A program made the position numbers and the translations under genes. This document shows, piece by piece, positions 1 through 10,939 of a stretch of 64,000 nt of DNA (within the stretch, counting starts at the first letter, position 1; every line of letters starts with the position of its first letter). The DNA lies in contig NC_043009.1 of the NCBI RefSeq assembly GCF_006345805.1, positions 29,760,001-29,824,000 on the forward strand, written 5' to 3'. Under the pieces are notes generated by a model, which was not told the origin of the DNA, ran no database searches, and saw only the letters and a program-made list of their open reading frames with translations. Origin of the DNA: Octopus sinensis. Lineage: Eukaryota.

Positions 1-39
1 ATATTTAAGCCTGTATCTAATATCTAATATTTATATAGA

Positions 40-227
40 TTTGTGTGTGTGTATGTATATATACATGTATATATATTTATATACATTGTGTACATGTATA
101 TATATGCATATGTATATATATGTATATATACATATATACACAAATAAAAATATTTTGTATACATATATATATGTGTACAAATATATATGCGTATATATAC
201 ACATATACATATGTATATATATATATA

Positions 228-274
<47 letters not shown>

Positions 275-330
275 CATATATATGCATACATATATATATA
301 TATATCGTTATACAATATAAATGAGACCAT
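40..330. repeat. (TA)n-rich microsatellite with interspersed CA/TG
   Basis: Near-continuous TA dinucleotides; accounts for the I/Y/C/M-rich ORFs in the track. Confidence 0.95.
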
Positions 331-2769
331 ACAGGTTCCTCAGATATATATACACACAAATATATATTTATGGCGGGTTTAGTGTATTATCCAAGATAAT
401 ACAGTTAGTATTAATTAAATAATGGCCACTTAAAATATCTACCTCAATAAACTGTGATAATATCACCAGCTGTTCTGTGAATGGCGTAATATATCAATTA
501 CTTCACACCTAACTACCTGAGATATTCTGAGGTTTTCCAATAAACATTCAGTTCATTTATGTCTATCGTGAGAACACAGAAGTTGTGATGTATGCTCGAT
601 AGATTAATGACTTCATAGTTGAGTTTGAAACTTACTAAGCAAGTCAATATAACTACATTTGCTCTATACGTCAGGGTAATGCAATGCTCTACATCCATTT
701 GATAACTGAGTTTCGTAAGGCAGTGGTTGATAGACAATCTTTATATATAACACACTTAAGAATTCATAGACAAATATTGAAATTTCTAAACAAATTTCAC
801 ATTTCGAAACTTGTTAAATGAAAATGCCTTTATTCATTAGACGGTTTCGGTATAAAATTCCTTAGCGAAGTTCAAGATGTACGTAGCGCTTTGTATCAAT
901 AAAAAAATTGAGATAATATTTTTAAACATTTGAATAATTTGTATAGCATTATAAGGCGAATGTTAAAATGCTAAAATATCTCGTTATTGAAACATATCTA
1001 AAATTAATAATATTTTAAATTAATATTTTAAAGCAAATTGATCAAGTGGGCAAAGACATATTGTATATAACCAATTAATAGCGCGTCGTACGAGAAACTG
1101 CAGATTTATAAATAATAATAACCTTACCACATTGCATCATGTCTTTCAAGGAGAACAAAAATAAATATGTATATTGTCGAAGATTTTATAGAGCATCACT
1201 ATCTCTCGCACTAAAATTAAATATGAATAAAAAGAAAACAGGCAACATCCGCATGTTTAGAAGAAAAGTTACCTTCGTCCAGATTCTAAACAAAGAGCCT
1301 ATCTAGAATGTGTATTTAAAAGTTTTAACTGAATAAAAATTACATTGCACGTAAGTTAATCTGAATTTTACCTTAAGAATTCCTCATATATACCCCACCG
1401 CCTCAAATATATTTCTTAACTCATTTAAAATATACACATGTTTAACATTGTATATCTCACTTGCTAATTATGCTCTAGCTACGATCTCGTATGATAGACT
1501 TGTATGAAATTATAAAATACGCATAGACAATGTTTTAAGCAGATTTCGTAATATCTGTTCACTGAATACTATATTCACCACAATCAAAATAATTGTAGTT
1601 TAAATGTATGCGTGATGTTTCTGAATAAATATTCCGCTGCATTTGTCTGTTAATTTTAGAATCTCAGTCGCCCATTATTGTTACAGAAACTTCAGAGAGG
1701 TAAAAAAAAATCATGGGGAAAATTTTGAAATAAGAAAAGTTACGACCGGTAACATCTCTTTGAAAAGAAGAAGGCTGGGAGTAAAAAATAAAATTTTCAA
1801 ATTTTATTTTATAAAATCTTGATCCTATATGGTAAGGCAAATTGTCTTCCCATTTGAATACTAAACTGTTACATTTAATAGGATATTTTAAACAGAGGAA
1901 AAGTTTTCAGTGCAACGTAACTTTCCATGTTTAATCCGTATATATTTCAAAAGGAAAGATAATTACATAAGAAAACGTTACGAGTTGGAGTGTGCATTGT
2001 GGAATCCAAACTGTTTAAGTTACCATGTCGATAGTCTTAAAATGGAATTTCATAACGACAGATACTTTCCTGCAGTGATACTCAGAAAAGGAAGTGATTC
2101 TATTTACCATCACAAACAATCAACAAAATATATTATAAAGAATAAAATGCGCGTTCTCAATACACAGTATCTATCTCTGCTAAAGCCGATCCTTGACATT
2201 GCGTTAAAAAAACACACATTCGTTTTGTGTGGATATCGATAAACAGATGCAATAAAAATATCTATAAATTGAGAATGATGGATGAGCTAAAAACAAAAGC
2301 AACCAATATATTTTGATATATTGGTTTTCATCCAGGTATTGTTTGTAGGCAGTGAAAATCCCAATGTCTGTTCTTAATTTCAGCATTTCCAAAGGGATGA
2401 AATATATTAAGCAAGCTTTGTCAAGTTACAAACTGAAACACTGAAAAATGTAAGGACATTCATACATCAACGGGGAAACAATCGTTTATTCAGCTATAGC
2501 AAAAGTTTCCGCAACACATCACAGAAATATTCTATGATGTCATAAAATTGTCTTCTTTAAATGTAGGATAGTTCAGGATTTTGTGTTTATTATGTGAGAA
2601 TGAATATGTGCTTGTGTGTGAGTGGGTGGGTGTATGAGCGTGCGTTTACATGCACGGGTGTCGTAATGATACAATCTGCAATAGATATAAGGATTAAGGA
2701 CGTTTTCTATATAACAGGTTTAAATACATCATAAAAATTGTGTCAGATGTGTCTATATTTGAAGAAAGT

Positions 2770-3020
2770 GCCCAATATATAATATACACACACATATATA
2801 TGTACACACGTACATACATATACACAGGCATACACACATATGTACACGAAACATATTTATATATGTATGAATATATATATATACATATATATGTAGATAT
2901 ATATATCTGTATATGTATGTGTTTATATATGTGTGTGTATATATATATACACACATATCTGCATAATCATGTACATGTATACATATGCATCATAAAGTGT
3001 ATACACCTGTGTATATGAAT
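2770..3020. repeat. Degenerate (TA)/(CA) microsatellite
   Basis: Alternating purine-pyrimidine tract. Confidence 0.9.
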
Positions 3021-3447
3021 GGGTCTATATAATCAACAATTTTGTGTAGTTTGTGCATGCTGGTGTCAGTAAGAATGTGTTAGTCTAACAAACATCTTTT
3101 CTCAATCTTTCGGCATATTTCTGAGACTTTGTTATTGATATTATTCAACAAACATTATTATCAGTATTTTCAATCTAAAGCTTATCGCTTGCAAATATGA
3201 AAACCAGTGAAGAAAATACGGTGCGTGCGCACAGATACATACCGACGAACACGTATACGTGTATCTACTATTTCTAATCATTGTAAACAAAAGGGGAAGA
3301 AAAAAAATCAGTATATATTTTTTAAATTGATTGAAAACAATGCACTTTCCAAAGCACGCAGCGCACCCCTCCTCCTCACACACACAAACACTCACACACA
3401 AACTCACATGTGTATATGTGGGTATCGCCTCTCGAAGAATTGAATTG

Positions 3448-3448
<1 letters not shown>

Positions 3449-3515
<67 letters not shown>

Positions 3516-3676
3516 TATTTACGTATTTATGGACATATATATTTTTATATAAATAGACTGATAGATATAGACAGCTAGATAGATAAATAGTTAGATTGAC
3601 ATACATATACATACATATATATATATATATATACATACAGAGAGAGAGAGAAAGAGAGAGCGAGAGCGAGAGAGAG
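3449..3676. repeat. Compound microsatellite (TA)n-(TAGA)n-(TA)n-(GA)n
   Basis: Read directly from the sequence. Confidence 0.9.
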
Positions 3677-4343
3677 ATGCGTACAAATATATCAGAATAC
3701 CTATCCATCTGTACTTATCAGCTCACAATTTATTTTGCATTTTGATAAGAGATTATAATTTAATTATGCCACCAGAGGGCTAACAAATAATCTGCTAACA
3801 TACCGTTCATTTTCCTAGAAGCCTATCTTTGAACATATCAACTTATTTTCCTAAAAAAACAATAAAAATATTTAGGATTAGAAAATAGTTGCAAATCAAA
3901 CTTAGAATACGATATAAATAAAAAGAATGTGAACAATTGAACAGAAGTTGTGACTGATATTTTTAAAATCGATCTTTATCAAATTTTCCCGTACTAATTT
4001 GCTAACAATTTTTCACTTTGATCAATTTTATTGTAGATTACGTTTTAGTAAGCTTCTTTTCATTCTCTTTCTGGATTTATTAAATTGTTGAGAATAATTT
4101 GATCATAACATGTCACCATTATATGCAATCCCATAGAAAGTCAATGTTATTGCTTGTAAAATCTATTACTTATCTTGTTGTATCTAGGGAAGATCATTTT
4201 GCCAATGAACACGCACCGGATATATTTTCCTCCTCTGTTTTTTTCCTCATTTCAATTAGGTCACGTACCGTCAATCAATCAATCAAGTTAGACATGATTA
4301 TTGATTTCAAATTAAGGAATAATACCATCGATTCAGGGTAAGG

Positions 4344-4468
4344 AGTAAGTCAATAACATCGACCCTAACGCTCAACTGGTACTAGATTTATCAACCCAAA
4401 AAGGACGAAAGGGAAAGATGCTAAACATTTTGTCCGGCGTGCTAACGATTCTACCAGCTTGCCGCCTT
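4344..4468 (-). mobile_element. tRNA-derived SINE family A, internally deleted copy
   Basis: Matches the head (aaggcggc.agctgg.agaatcgttagcacgccgg) and core (catcgaccc...caactggtact...atc.accc.aaagga.gaaag) seen in other copies at 37495-38084 and 58895-59104. Confidence 0.75.
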
Positions 4469-5583
4469 ATTCAGCTATGTACATATTCACCCAAACAATT
4501 GAAAAAGAACCAGCTTATATATTTACTATTTGCCTAATGACCATATTGAAATACAACAGAATATGTTTCAACACACGAGTTCACATCAAGACTCTTGCAA
4601 ACAGAAGACAAAGACGAACTATTATTCTTATCAACCAATCCAGCTATTGTTCCATATATTAATTTGCTTCTATTTGCTTATCAATCCTTTCGCGACATTA
4701 TATAAGATCAATATAGACTATTATGTCATAACGTAATTCACTACCAATAAGCTTATTATAGATGTAATTAATATTACGCCATAGATGTAGGATTACTCTG
4801 CGACTCAGTATTCGATTCAAGATAATTCTTAAAACCTAAGTCATTGTAGAGCTTCGAAAAATTTTGTTGTGGCATTTGCAAGAGAATTTTACATAAATTT
4901 AGAATCTATCTTTGCGCATGTGTCTACCCCACTTTCTCTATGTGTATGTGTGTATTTGTCTATGACTTCTGTGTATCGGCCTTTGATACGTTTGTGTGTA
5001 CATTTGCATATTTTGAGAATATATAAATATATATATATACCAAAAATATCTAAATAGGCATTAATATAAAAGATTTCAGATAACATGTTCGATGGAAAGT
5101 ATTTTTATTATCTAGTGCGGCCATAATGTTGCCCATTGTATATCATGAAGTAACTAGATTTTCTATGGCTCATGTATTTCCTCTGCGTAATGTCTCTAAA
5201 CAAAACGAGATACTTGTGATGAGTCATTAAATTCTCATTGTAACTATTAACAAGCATCACCTATGAGATTGAAAGAAAGTAGGATTTGCCCTCCGACCTC
5301 GAAAAGTCCTTAATAGCAATGACTACAGGAAGACGCTTAGAAGTTGGAGGGTTGGGCAAAGGTGTCTTCCAACAGTAGTGGAGAATCCCCAACAAATGTT
5401 GAATGTAGCAACACACTGTTAAATCACCTGACCTCACATTCCTGCTACTAAACTCAGATCCATGGATCACCTCGAAAGCGTTACCTCATGTGAGGGTTAA
5501 ATTTACTGCATTAATGATATTTTGGAGGTTAAAATGCTATTCAAAATTTATTTTGTCATATTCTAAGAACATTTCATTTGATA

Positions 5584-5969
5584 TCTTTATATATAAAAGA
5601 AAGGTTGTGTGTCTGTCTACTCCGATTTAGATTCCTAACTACTCCCACATTTTGCGGTGCAGTTTAACCAAAACCGGGTATCTTATAGTCGTGATTCATA
5701 TCAAGCCCTTCTGGGTATTAGCGCGCGTCTACGATGAGTCTAAGATTTAAAAAAAATAATTTATCATCATTTTTTCCATTTTAATGCATATTTTTTTTAA
5801 TATAAGGGAAGTAACTCTCTAAAAATGTCTACGATGAGTCAACGATTTAAAAAAATTACCATAATTTTGTTTCCATTTTTAATTTTGCTAGTTTTTGGCT
5901 ATAACTCTCTAATAATGCTTTATAGTTATTTCCCTTACAAACCCGAGCAACGCCGGGCGATACTGCTAG
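5584..5969 (+). mobile_element. Non-autonomous Helitron
   Basis: Begins TC (TCTTTATATATAAAAG) after an A; ends CTAG before a T; GC hairpin cccgagc-aac-gccggg at 5942-5957, 8 nt upstream of CTAG; internal ~100-bp direct repeat starting gtctacgatgagtc (5727 and 5828); no TSD. Standard Helitron termini. Confidence 0.88.
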
Positions 5970-5981
5970 TATAATATAAAT

Positions 5982-6128
5982 ATACATTTTACATTATTTA
6001 CATTTGACGGATATTTGTCCTCATCTTGTTTGTTGTTGACACAACATTTCGGCTGATATACCCTCCAGCCTTCATCAGGTGGGGAAATTTCAAACCTCGG
6101 TTCTCATTCCTAAGGTATTTTTCGATGC

Positions 6129-6191
<63 letters not shown>

Positions 6192-6282
6192 CATTATTAT
6201 TATTATTATTATTCAGGTTACTGCCTGGAATCGAACTCGGAATCTTGGGGTTAGTAGTAGCCCGCGCTCTTAACCACTACGC
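5982..6282 (-). mobile_element. Composite short element: tRNA-like head (6282-6214) + (AAT)n (6213-6129) + hammerhead-containing Penelope-like tail (6128-5982)
   Basis: Minus-strand head GCGTAGTGGTTAAGAGCGCGGGCTACTACTAACCCCAAGATTCCGAGTTCGATTCCAGG has a 5'-clipped A-box and a B-box (GAGTTCGATTCC). The tail is the reverse complement of 6334-6457. Confidence 0.8.
6038..6083 (-). ncRNA. Minimal type I hammerhead ribozyme motif (core intact, stems weakened)
   Basis: Minus strand: cac-CTGATGA-a-GGCTG-gagggtatat-CAGCC-GAAA-T-G-T-T-gtgtc. CUGAUGA and GAAA cores present, 5-bp stem II, 3-bp stem I, putative GUU cleavage triplet, no room for a stem III loop. Confidence 0.7.
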
Positions 6283-6326
<44 letters not shown>

Positions 6327-6507
6327 TAATAATATCGAAAAACACCTTAGGAATGAGAACCCAGGTTCGAAATTTTCCCAAGACATCTGATGAAGGCTGG
6401 AGGGTATATCAGCCAAAACGTTGCTGAAACAAGTTGAGGACAAATATCCGTCAAATTTAAATAATGTGAATAATGTACATAATTCCTCATCTCTCAAATA
6501 TAGAACT
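6283..6507 (+). mobile_element. Second, headless copy of the composite element in opposite orientation: (AAT)n 6283-6333 + tail 6334-6507
   Basis: 6334-6457 is a close reverse complement (about 85% by eye) of 6001-6128. Confidence 0.85.
6382..6427 (+). ncRNA. Mutated hammerhead motif (G12A), probably inactive
   Basis: gacat-CTGATGA-a-GGCTG-gagggtatat-CAGCC-AAAA-CGTT-gctga: GAAA changed to AAAA and stem I broken, but the palindromic AACGTT is retained. Confidence 0.65.
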
Positions 6508-6781
6508 ATATATACATTTTGTACATATTTTACTTTGTGAACAGTATAAAGTGTCCCTTAGAGGTTTCAGAGCTGGTGTGGGTTTGTGTTCAGGAGATTC
6601 AATCCGAGATGCCTAAAAGGTTTGTATCCCAACAAAAAAATGCAGGAACACCCTTCTCACTGGATCTCCCCACAGTTTTTGTCTGCTCAATTTCATTCAC
6701 ACACCTTTTGCTCGGCATCGGTTTACGATAGAAAGCGTTGTCCGAAAGTATCACGGTATAAGACAGAGCCAAATGCCACAT

Positions 6782-6843
6782 CTAATTAAACAAATTTCTT
6801 AACGACACAGCCTAATTAAACAAATTTCATAACGACACAGCTA
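6782..6843. repeat. 30-bp tandem duplication
   Basis: ctaattaaacaaatttc(t/a)taacgacacagc twice, 1 mismatch. Confidence 0.95.
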
Positions 6844-7234
6844 AACGTATACCCAGTGTATGCAAAATATTCTCATTAGAGAAGTGAATAATAATGAGTA
6901 ATGCAAATAATACTAACCGTTTATTTAAAAAAAAGAAATATTCAGATTACCTTGCGGAAAGAAAACCAACAATAGGCAGTTACTCAAACTCCTACACAGA
7001 GGAAGCGATCTTTGAGCTGCCACGACACTTGTTTCCTCTAATTTCGAGTTACACTACTTTTAAGTGGCTTCAATGATTCGACTGCTTTGTACAGTTAAAT
7101 GTGGCTGAGTATCTACGGCCGGATATAATTTCTGATGCCAAACACTCTAGAGCGAGTACTCTGTGTATTAAAAAACATTAAGGAGGCTGTCATGTCTTCG
7201 GCTAGACTAGCGCATAGACGAAGTGTTTATACAC

Positions 7235-7645
7235 ACACAGACGCACACATATATTTATATGTATACATATATGTTTGTATATATGTATATATAACAAATA
7301 TTTATACATGTGTATTTGTGTACGCGTTTGTATGCATGTTGAATATATACATCTGCAAATATATAATTATGTATATGCATACTCCTTTGCATATATATAT
7401 ATATATACATATATCATATGAATTAAAGAGTATGTAAGTGTGTGTAAAAATTCAGCCTCAGTATGTATGTATGTATATATGTATATATATATATATATAT
7501 ATTTGTATATATATGTATGTATATATGTATATATATGCATACATATATTCATTTATTTATTGATATGCATATATATATATTTGTTTTTATATGTGCGTAT
7601 GTGTGTATACACACACGCACATATATGTATGTATCATGTATGTAC
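7235..7645. repeat. Degenerate (TA)/(TG) microsatellite
   Basis: Read directly from the sequence. Confidence 0.9.
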
Positions 7646-9275
7646 ATTAACAAATCTATTAAATTTCTAAAGAGAAAGAATACATTATATTGAATTTCTA
7701 GACTGTTTTGTCAAAACACAATGCTGGAGATTTTATATAAAATTCTTGAAAATTCTTCAAATTTCTTATAACTTAAAACAAATAAATCTTTTGCTCTTCA
7801 TATAAATTACATTAAACCATTATAATATCGAACAAGTTTAATTTTGATTTCAGTATTTCAATAATAAAAGCGAAAATGAAATAAATGGAAAATATCTTGG
7901 AAGATTCACTTTAGGTAGAATAATTCTTGTTAATAATACTGATATTATAAATTTGTAATAAAATATTTTGTGATTGAACAGAAACAATCAGAAATAGAAC
8001 AATAACACAGATTCAACAACAGTAAAAACATTTCGTCATTAGCAAGATTATTTAAAGAATCCTGGCAAATTCTTACTCTTCCTTAATATCTAGATTAGTT
8101 GAGTGCTAAACGTTTTACTGCCTCCTCGAAAGTAAATCATATCCGTTAGAAAAATGTGCAGATCATTCCAGTATGCAGTATCATCTGTGCCATAGATTTT
8201 TCTAATCTTTTAATCTGATACAACTATTATAATCATTATTTTTGTTTGAAAATTCAGGAAATAGATATATCAGAAGCAAATATTTTCGTTGTTGTTGTTA
8301 TTGTCGTAGTCGTCGTTGTTGTGTTTTTCTTTTTCTTAGGCATTATCAGGCTAATCAAGTTTCAAATCTTTCTCTTATTAAAAATGTAGGAGGATATTTG
8401 CCTATATTCCAAAACTCGTATCAGAAATCAATAAAACATATTTCTAATATTTGTTTCCGTTTTAGTTCGTTTTGTTGGTTGTTGCTTCTTCTTCAACCTC
8501 CTTCAACTAATCAATTAGCAGTATAAATACTTCTTATATCTAAAGAGTACATCTACATCCCAATCAATATTATTAGCCAAATATGCTGATGCTTCATTAC
8601 ATTAAATAGAGCAAGCAGTATGTTTTATTAGTGCACACCTGCTAATGATTCTATTACTTTCTCAGAAAATGCGATTTCATTTTACAGATTTAGTTTGATA
8701 CAGAGACGGAATCAAAGCCAAGTTGTTAAAACATTTCAAACTGGTTCAATCAAATCTTTCACTTGATGTCTGATATGAAAGTTGATATCTAATTAGTAAT
8801 ATAAGGTGTCGACCTGCTGACCATAATCTGTTATAAGTAAAGTAGGTTCATCTTAAATACAGACACAGTTTATACAGTAAATTTGTATTAAAGAATGCAC
8901 TGGCAGTTGTTATATCTGTTGCTATGCTTTTTTTATAGGTTTTGTATCTCAACTTATATCGTTCCCCACCTTTCATCTATTGAAGAGCGTGACACATATT
9001 TTAAACTAGTTCATATTGCTAATACCGAAAATATATAGTGAATTCTTTAAAAAATATATTTATTTTCGCATAAACAAACCGATTCTTGCAGAATAGGGAA
9101 TGACGCTAACAACTTAATAGTACAGGTATTAGTTCCATTGACAGAGGATAAAAAAATGTGTAAAACTCAGCTTGGTATTAACAAATTGTATGATTAAACA
9201 AGAAACTAAAAACTGCTCAGTGAATATTAGTTCAAGTGGTTTCGTACAAGCTAACGTTTCTACTATTGCTGCAAC

Positions 9276-9301
9276 ACCTCCTCCTCCTCCTCCTGCTACT
9301 G

Positions 9302-9345
<44 letters not shown>

Positions 9346-9370
9346 GCTGCTGCTGCTGTTGCTGCTGCTG

Positions 9371-9408
<38 letters not shown>

Positions 9409-9435
9409 TTCTCTCCCTCTTCCTCTTCTTTTCTT
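9276..9435. repeat. Compound trinucleotide microsatellite (CCT)n(ACT)n(GCT)n(ACT)n
   Basis: Source of the poly-P/T/A, poly-L and poly-S ORFs. Confidence 0.95.
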
Positions 9436-9505
9436 CTTCACCTTTTCATATATAATATATGCATATGTGTGTATATGTGTGTCTGTCTGTCTGCCTATAT
9501 GTCTG

Positions 9506-9755
9506 TGCACACCTTTCAATGCAATGTTTGTCAGAAGGTTTACAAATCTAACGGAGGCCTCAAAAGACAATTTAAGAGCCACAAATATTCAGAACTCTAT
9601 TTGCAACTATTGGTGGTCCAGATCGGATATGCAATCTATGAAGGTATCTTTTCAAAACATTGTCTGGCTTAAAAAGCCACATCAGATGCCATGATGGTTC
9701 TAAGGTGTAGGTACAGGAGGTGGTCAAACTCTGCATAAGGAGTAGACAACCACCA
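9506..9755 (+). mobile_element. Decayed RTE-type LINE 3' end encoding two C2H2-like fingers
   Basis: FQCNVCQKVYKSNGGLKRQFKSH, then after a frameshift ICNL*RYLFKTLSGLKSHIRCH (exact C-x2-C-x3-F-x5-L-x2-H-x3-H spacing, second Cys now TGA at 9639); stop TAG 9708-9710 and a short 3' UTR. C-terminal 'GLxSHxRxH' fingers are typical of RTE ORF2; clade assignment is inference. Confidence 0.65.
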
Positions 9756-9797
9756 TATATATATGCGTTTGTGTGTGTGATGGGGTGTATCCGTTTC

Positions 9798-9960
9798 TTT
9801 TCTACTCTAGGCACAAGGCCCGAAAGTGTTTTTTTTTGCAACTAGTAATTAATTTATTGACCCCGAAAGGATGATAGATAAAGTCAACCACGGCAGAATT
9901 TGAACTCAGAATGTAAAGACAGACGACATATCGCTAACCATTTCGCCTAGCGTACTACGT
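9798..9960 (-). mobile_element. SINE family A, degenerate copy
   Basis: ttctactctaggcacaaggccc tail; gaccccgaaaggatga...aaagtcaacc.cggc.gaatttgaactcagaa core. Confidence 0.8.
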
Positions 9961-10169
9961 TTATATTTATGTATTATTCAACAAATGAGAGATAGAGGGA
10001 CTTTTGATAAGCCATGAACACTATTATAAAAGTATTCAGTGTAGGTTTACAGAAGTATCTAGGAAAGAATAATAGAAAGATAGTAATGTACAACATAGTA
10101 CTCTTTTCTGTCTTCAAACAAAGCAACTATTCCTCCCCGCCGCAAAAAATCAGACATTTTGCAAGGAAA

Positions 10170-10740
10170 ATGAACGCACAAGAACAGAAACTGCGGATGA
10201 CGAATATGGGGAAAAAGAATGACACGATAAAATCCATATGAAGAAATGACTTCGATGTGGAGAAGTTTTGAAAACTTGAATAGTGTGAAATTGAAGGAAG
10301 AAAAGTCGGTGACGTGGCCAAGAGGTGTATTTCTCGAAGCTGAGACAAAAGGATTCGCGTTTGCGTCACTGGAACAATGCCCTTCCATCGAGAACTACCA
10401 ATTCAATGAAGCAGAATACGTTAAGCAACTTCAGGATAAATAGAAGTTAGAAAAATAGTAAACATAATTTTTATGGCTGTCCAGTTTTAGCCAAGAAAAA
10501 ATACATTTAAGGGTATGACGTAGTTGGAACTGGCTTAAACAGGAAATTATGCATGTGTAAGAAATGCCATCAAAATAGAAGTGGTATATACAAATGCTCC
10601 ACAAAAAACATCTCAGAGAATGACACGGCAGCTAAATGCTGTGAAAGAGTATGGAAATACATGTAGGCAAAGGGATATTGGGTTGTCCGGAAAGTTTGTG
10701 ACGATTTCTAAAGGAAAGAAAAAAGGACAATAAATACTTA
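10170..10740 (+). mobile_element. Highly decayed R4/Dong-type LINE fragment
   Basis: Frame-shifted remnants WPRGVFLEAETKGFAFA and GCPVLAKKKYI match the better-preserved copy at 33226-33555 (AAQDQSLP...GCPVLAKKEYIHRHD). Confidence 0.65.
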
Positions 10741-10856
10741 CATTTTTAATCAACCAAATATGAACCATTTTGTTGCACAATGCGTCTCCATCTTTCCTTT
10801 AACTTAAAAATACCCTCTTACCAGAATTGAGGTGGTTTCATGGCAAATAATTCATC

Positions 10857-10911
10857 AAGGTATCTTTTTACATCGTCCGGCACGCTATCGATTCTGCCAG
10901 CTTGCCGCCTT
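10857..10911 (-). mobile_element. SINE family A head fragment
   Basis: gtccggcacgctatcgattctgccagcttgccgcctt is the reverse complement of the family A head. Confidence 0.7.
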
Positions 10912-10939
10912 GTGATCCAATCGAAGCTAAATGGTTGCT

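Noticed and set aside
9172-9672. 166-aa ORF with poly-P/T/A and a C2H2-like finger as a host transcription factor
   Set aside because: The N-terminal part is a compound microsatellite; the finger lacks the first His, and the second finger is frameshifted with a stop. A decayed LINE 3' end explains it better.
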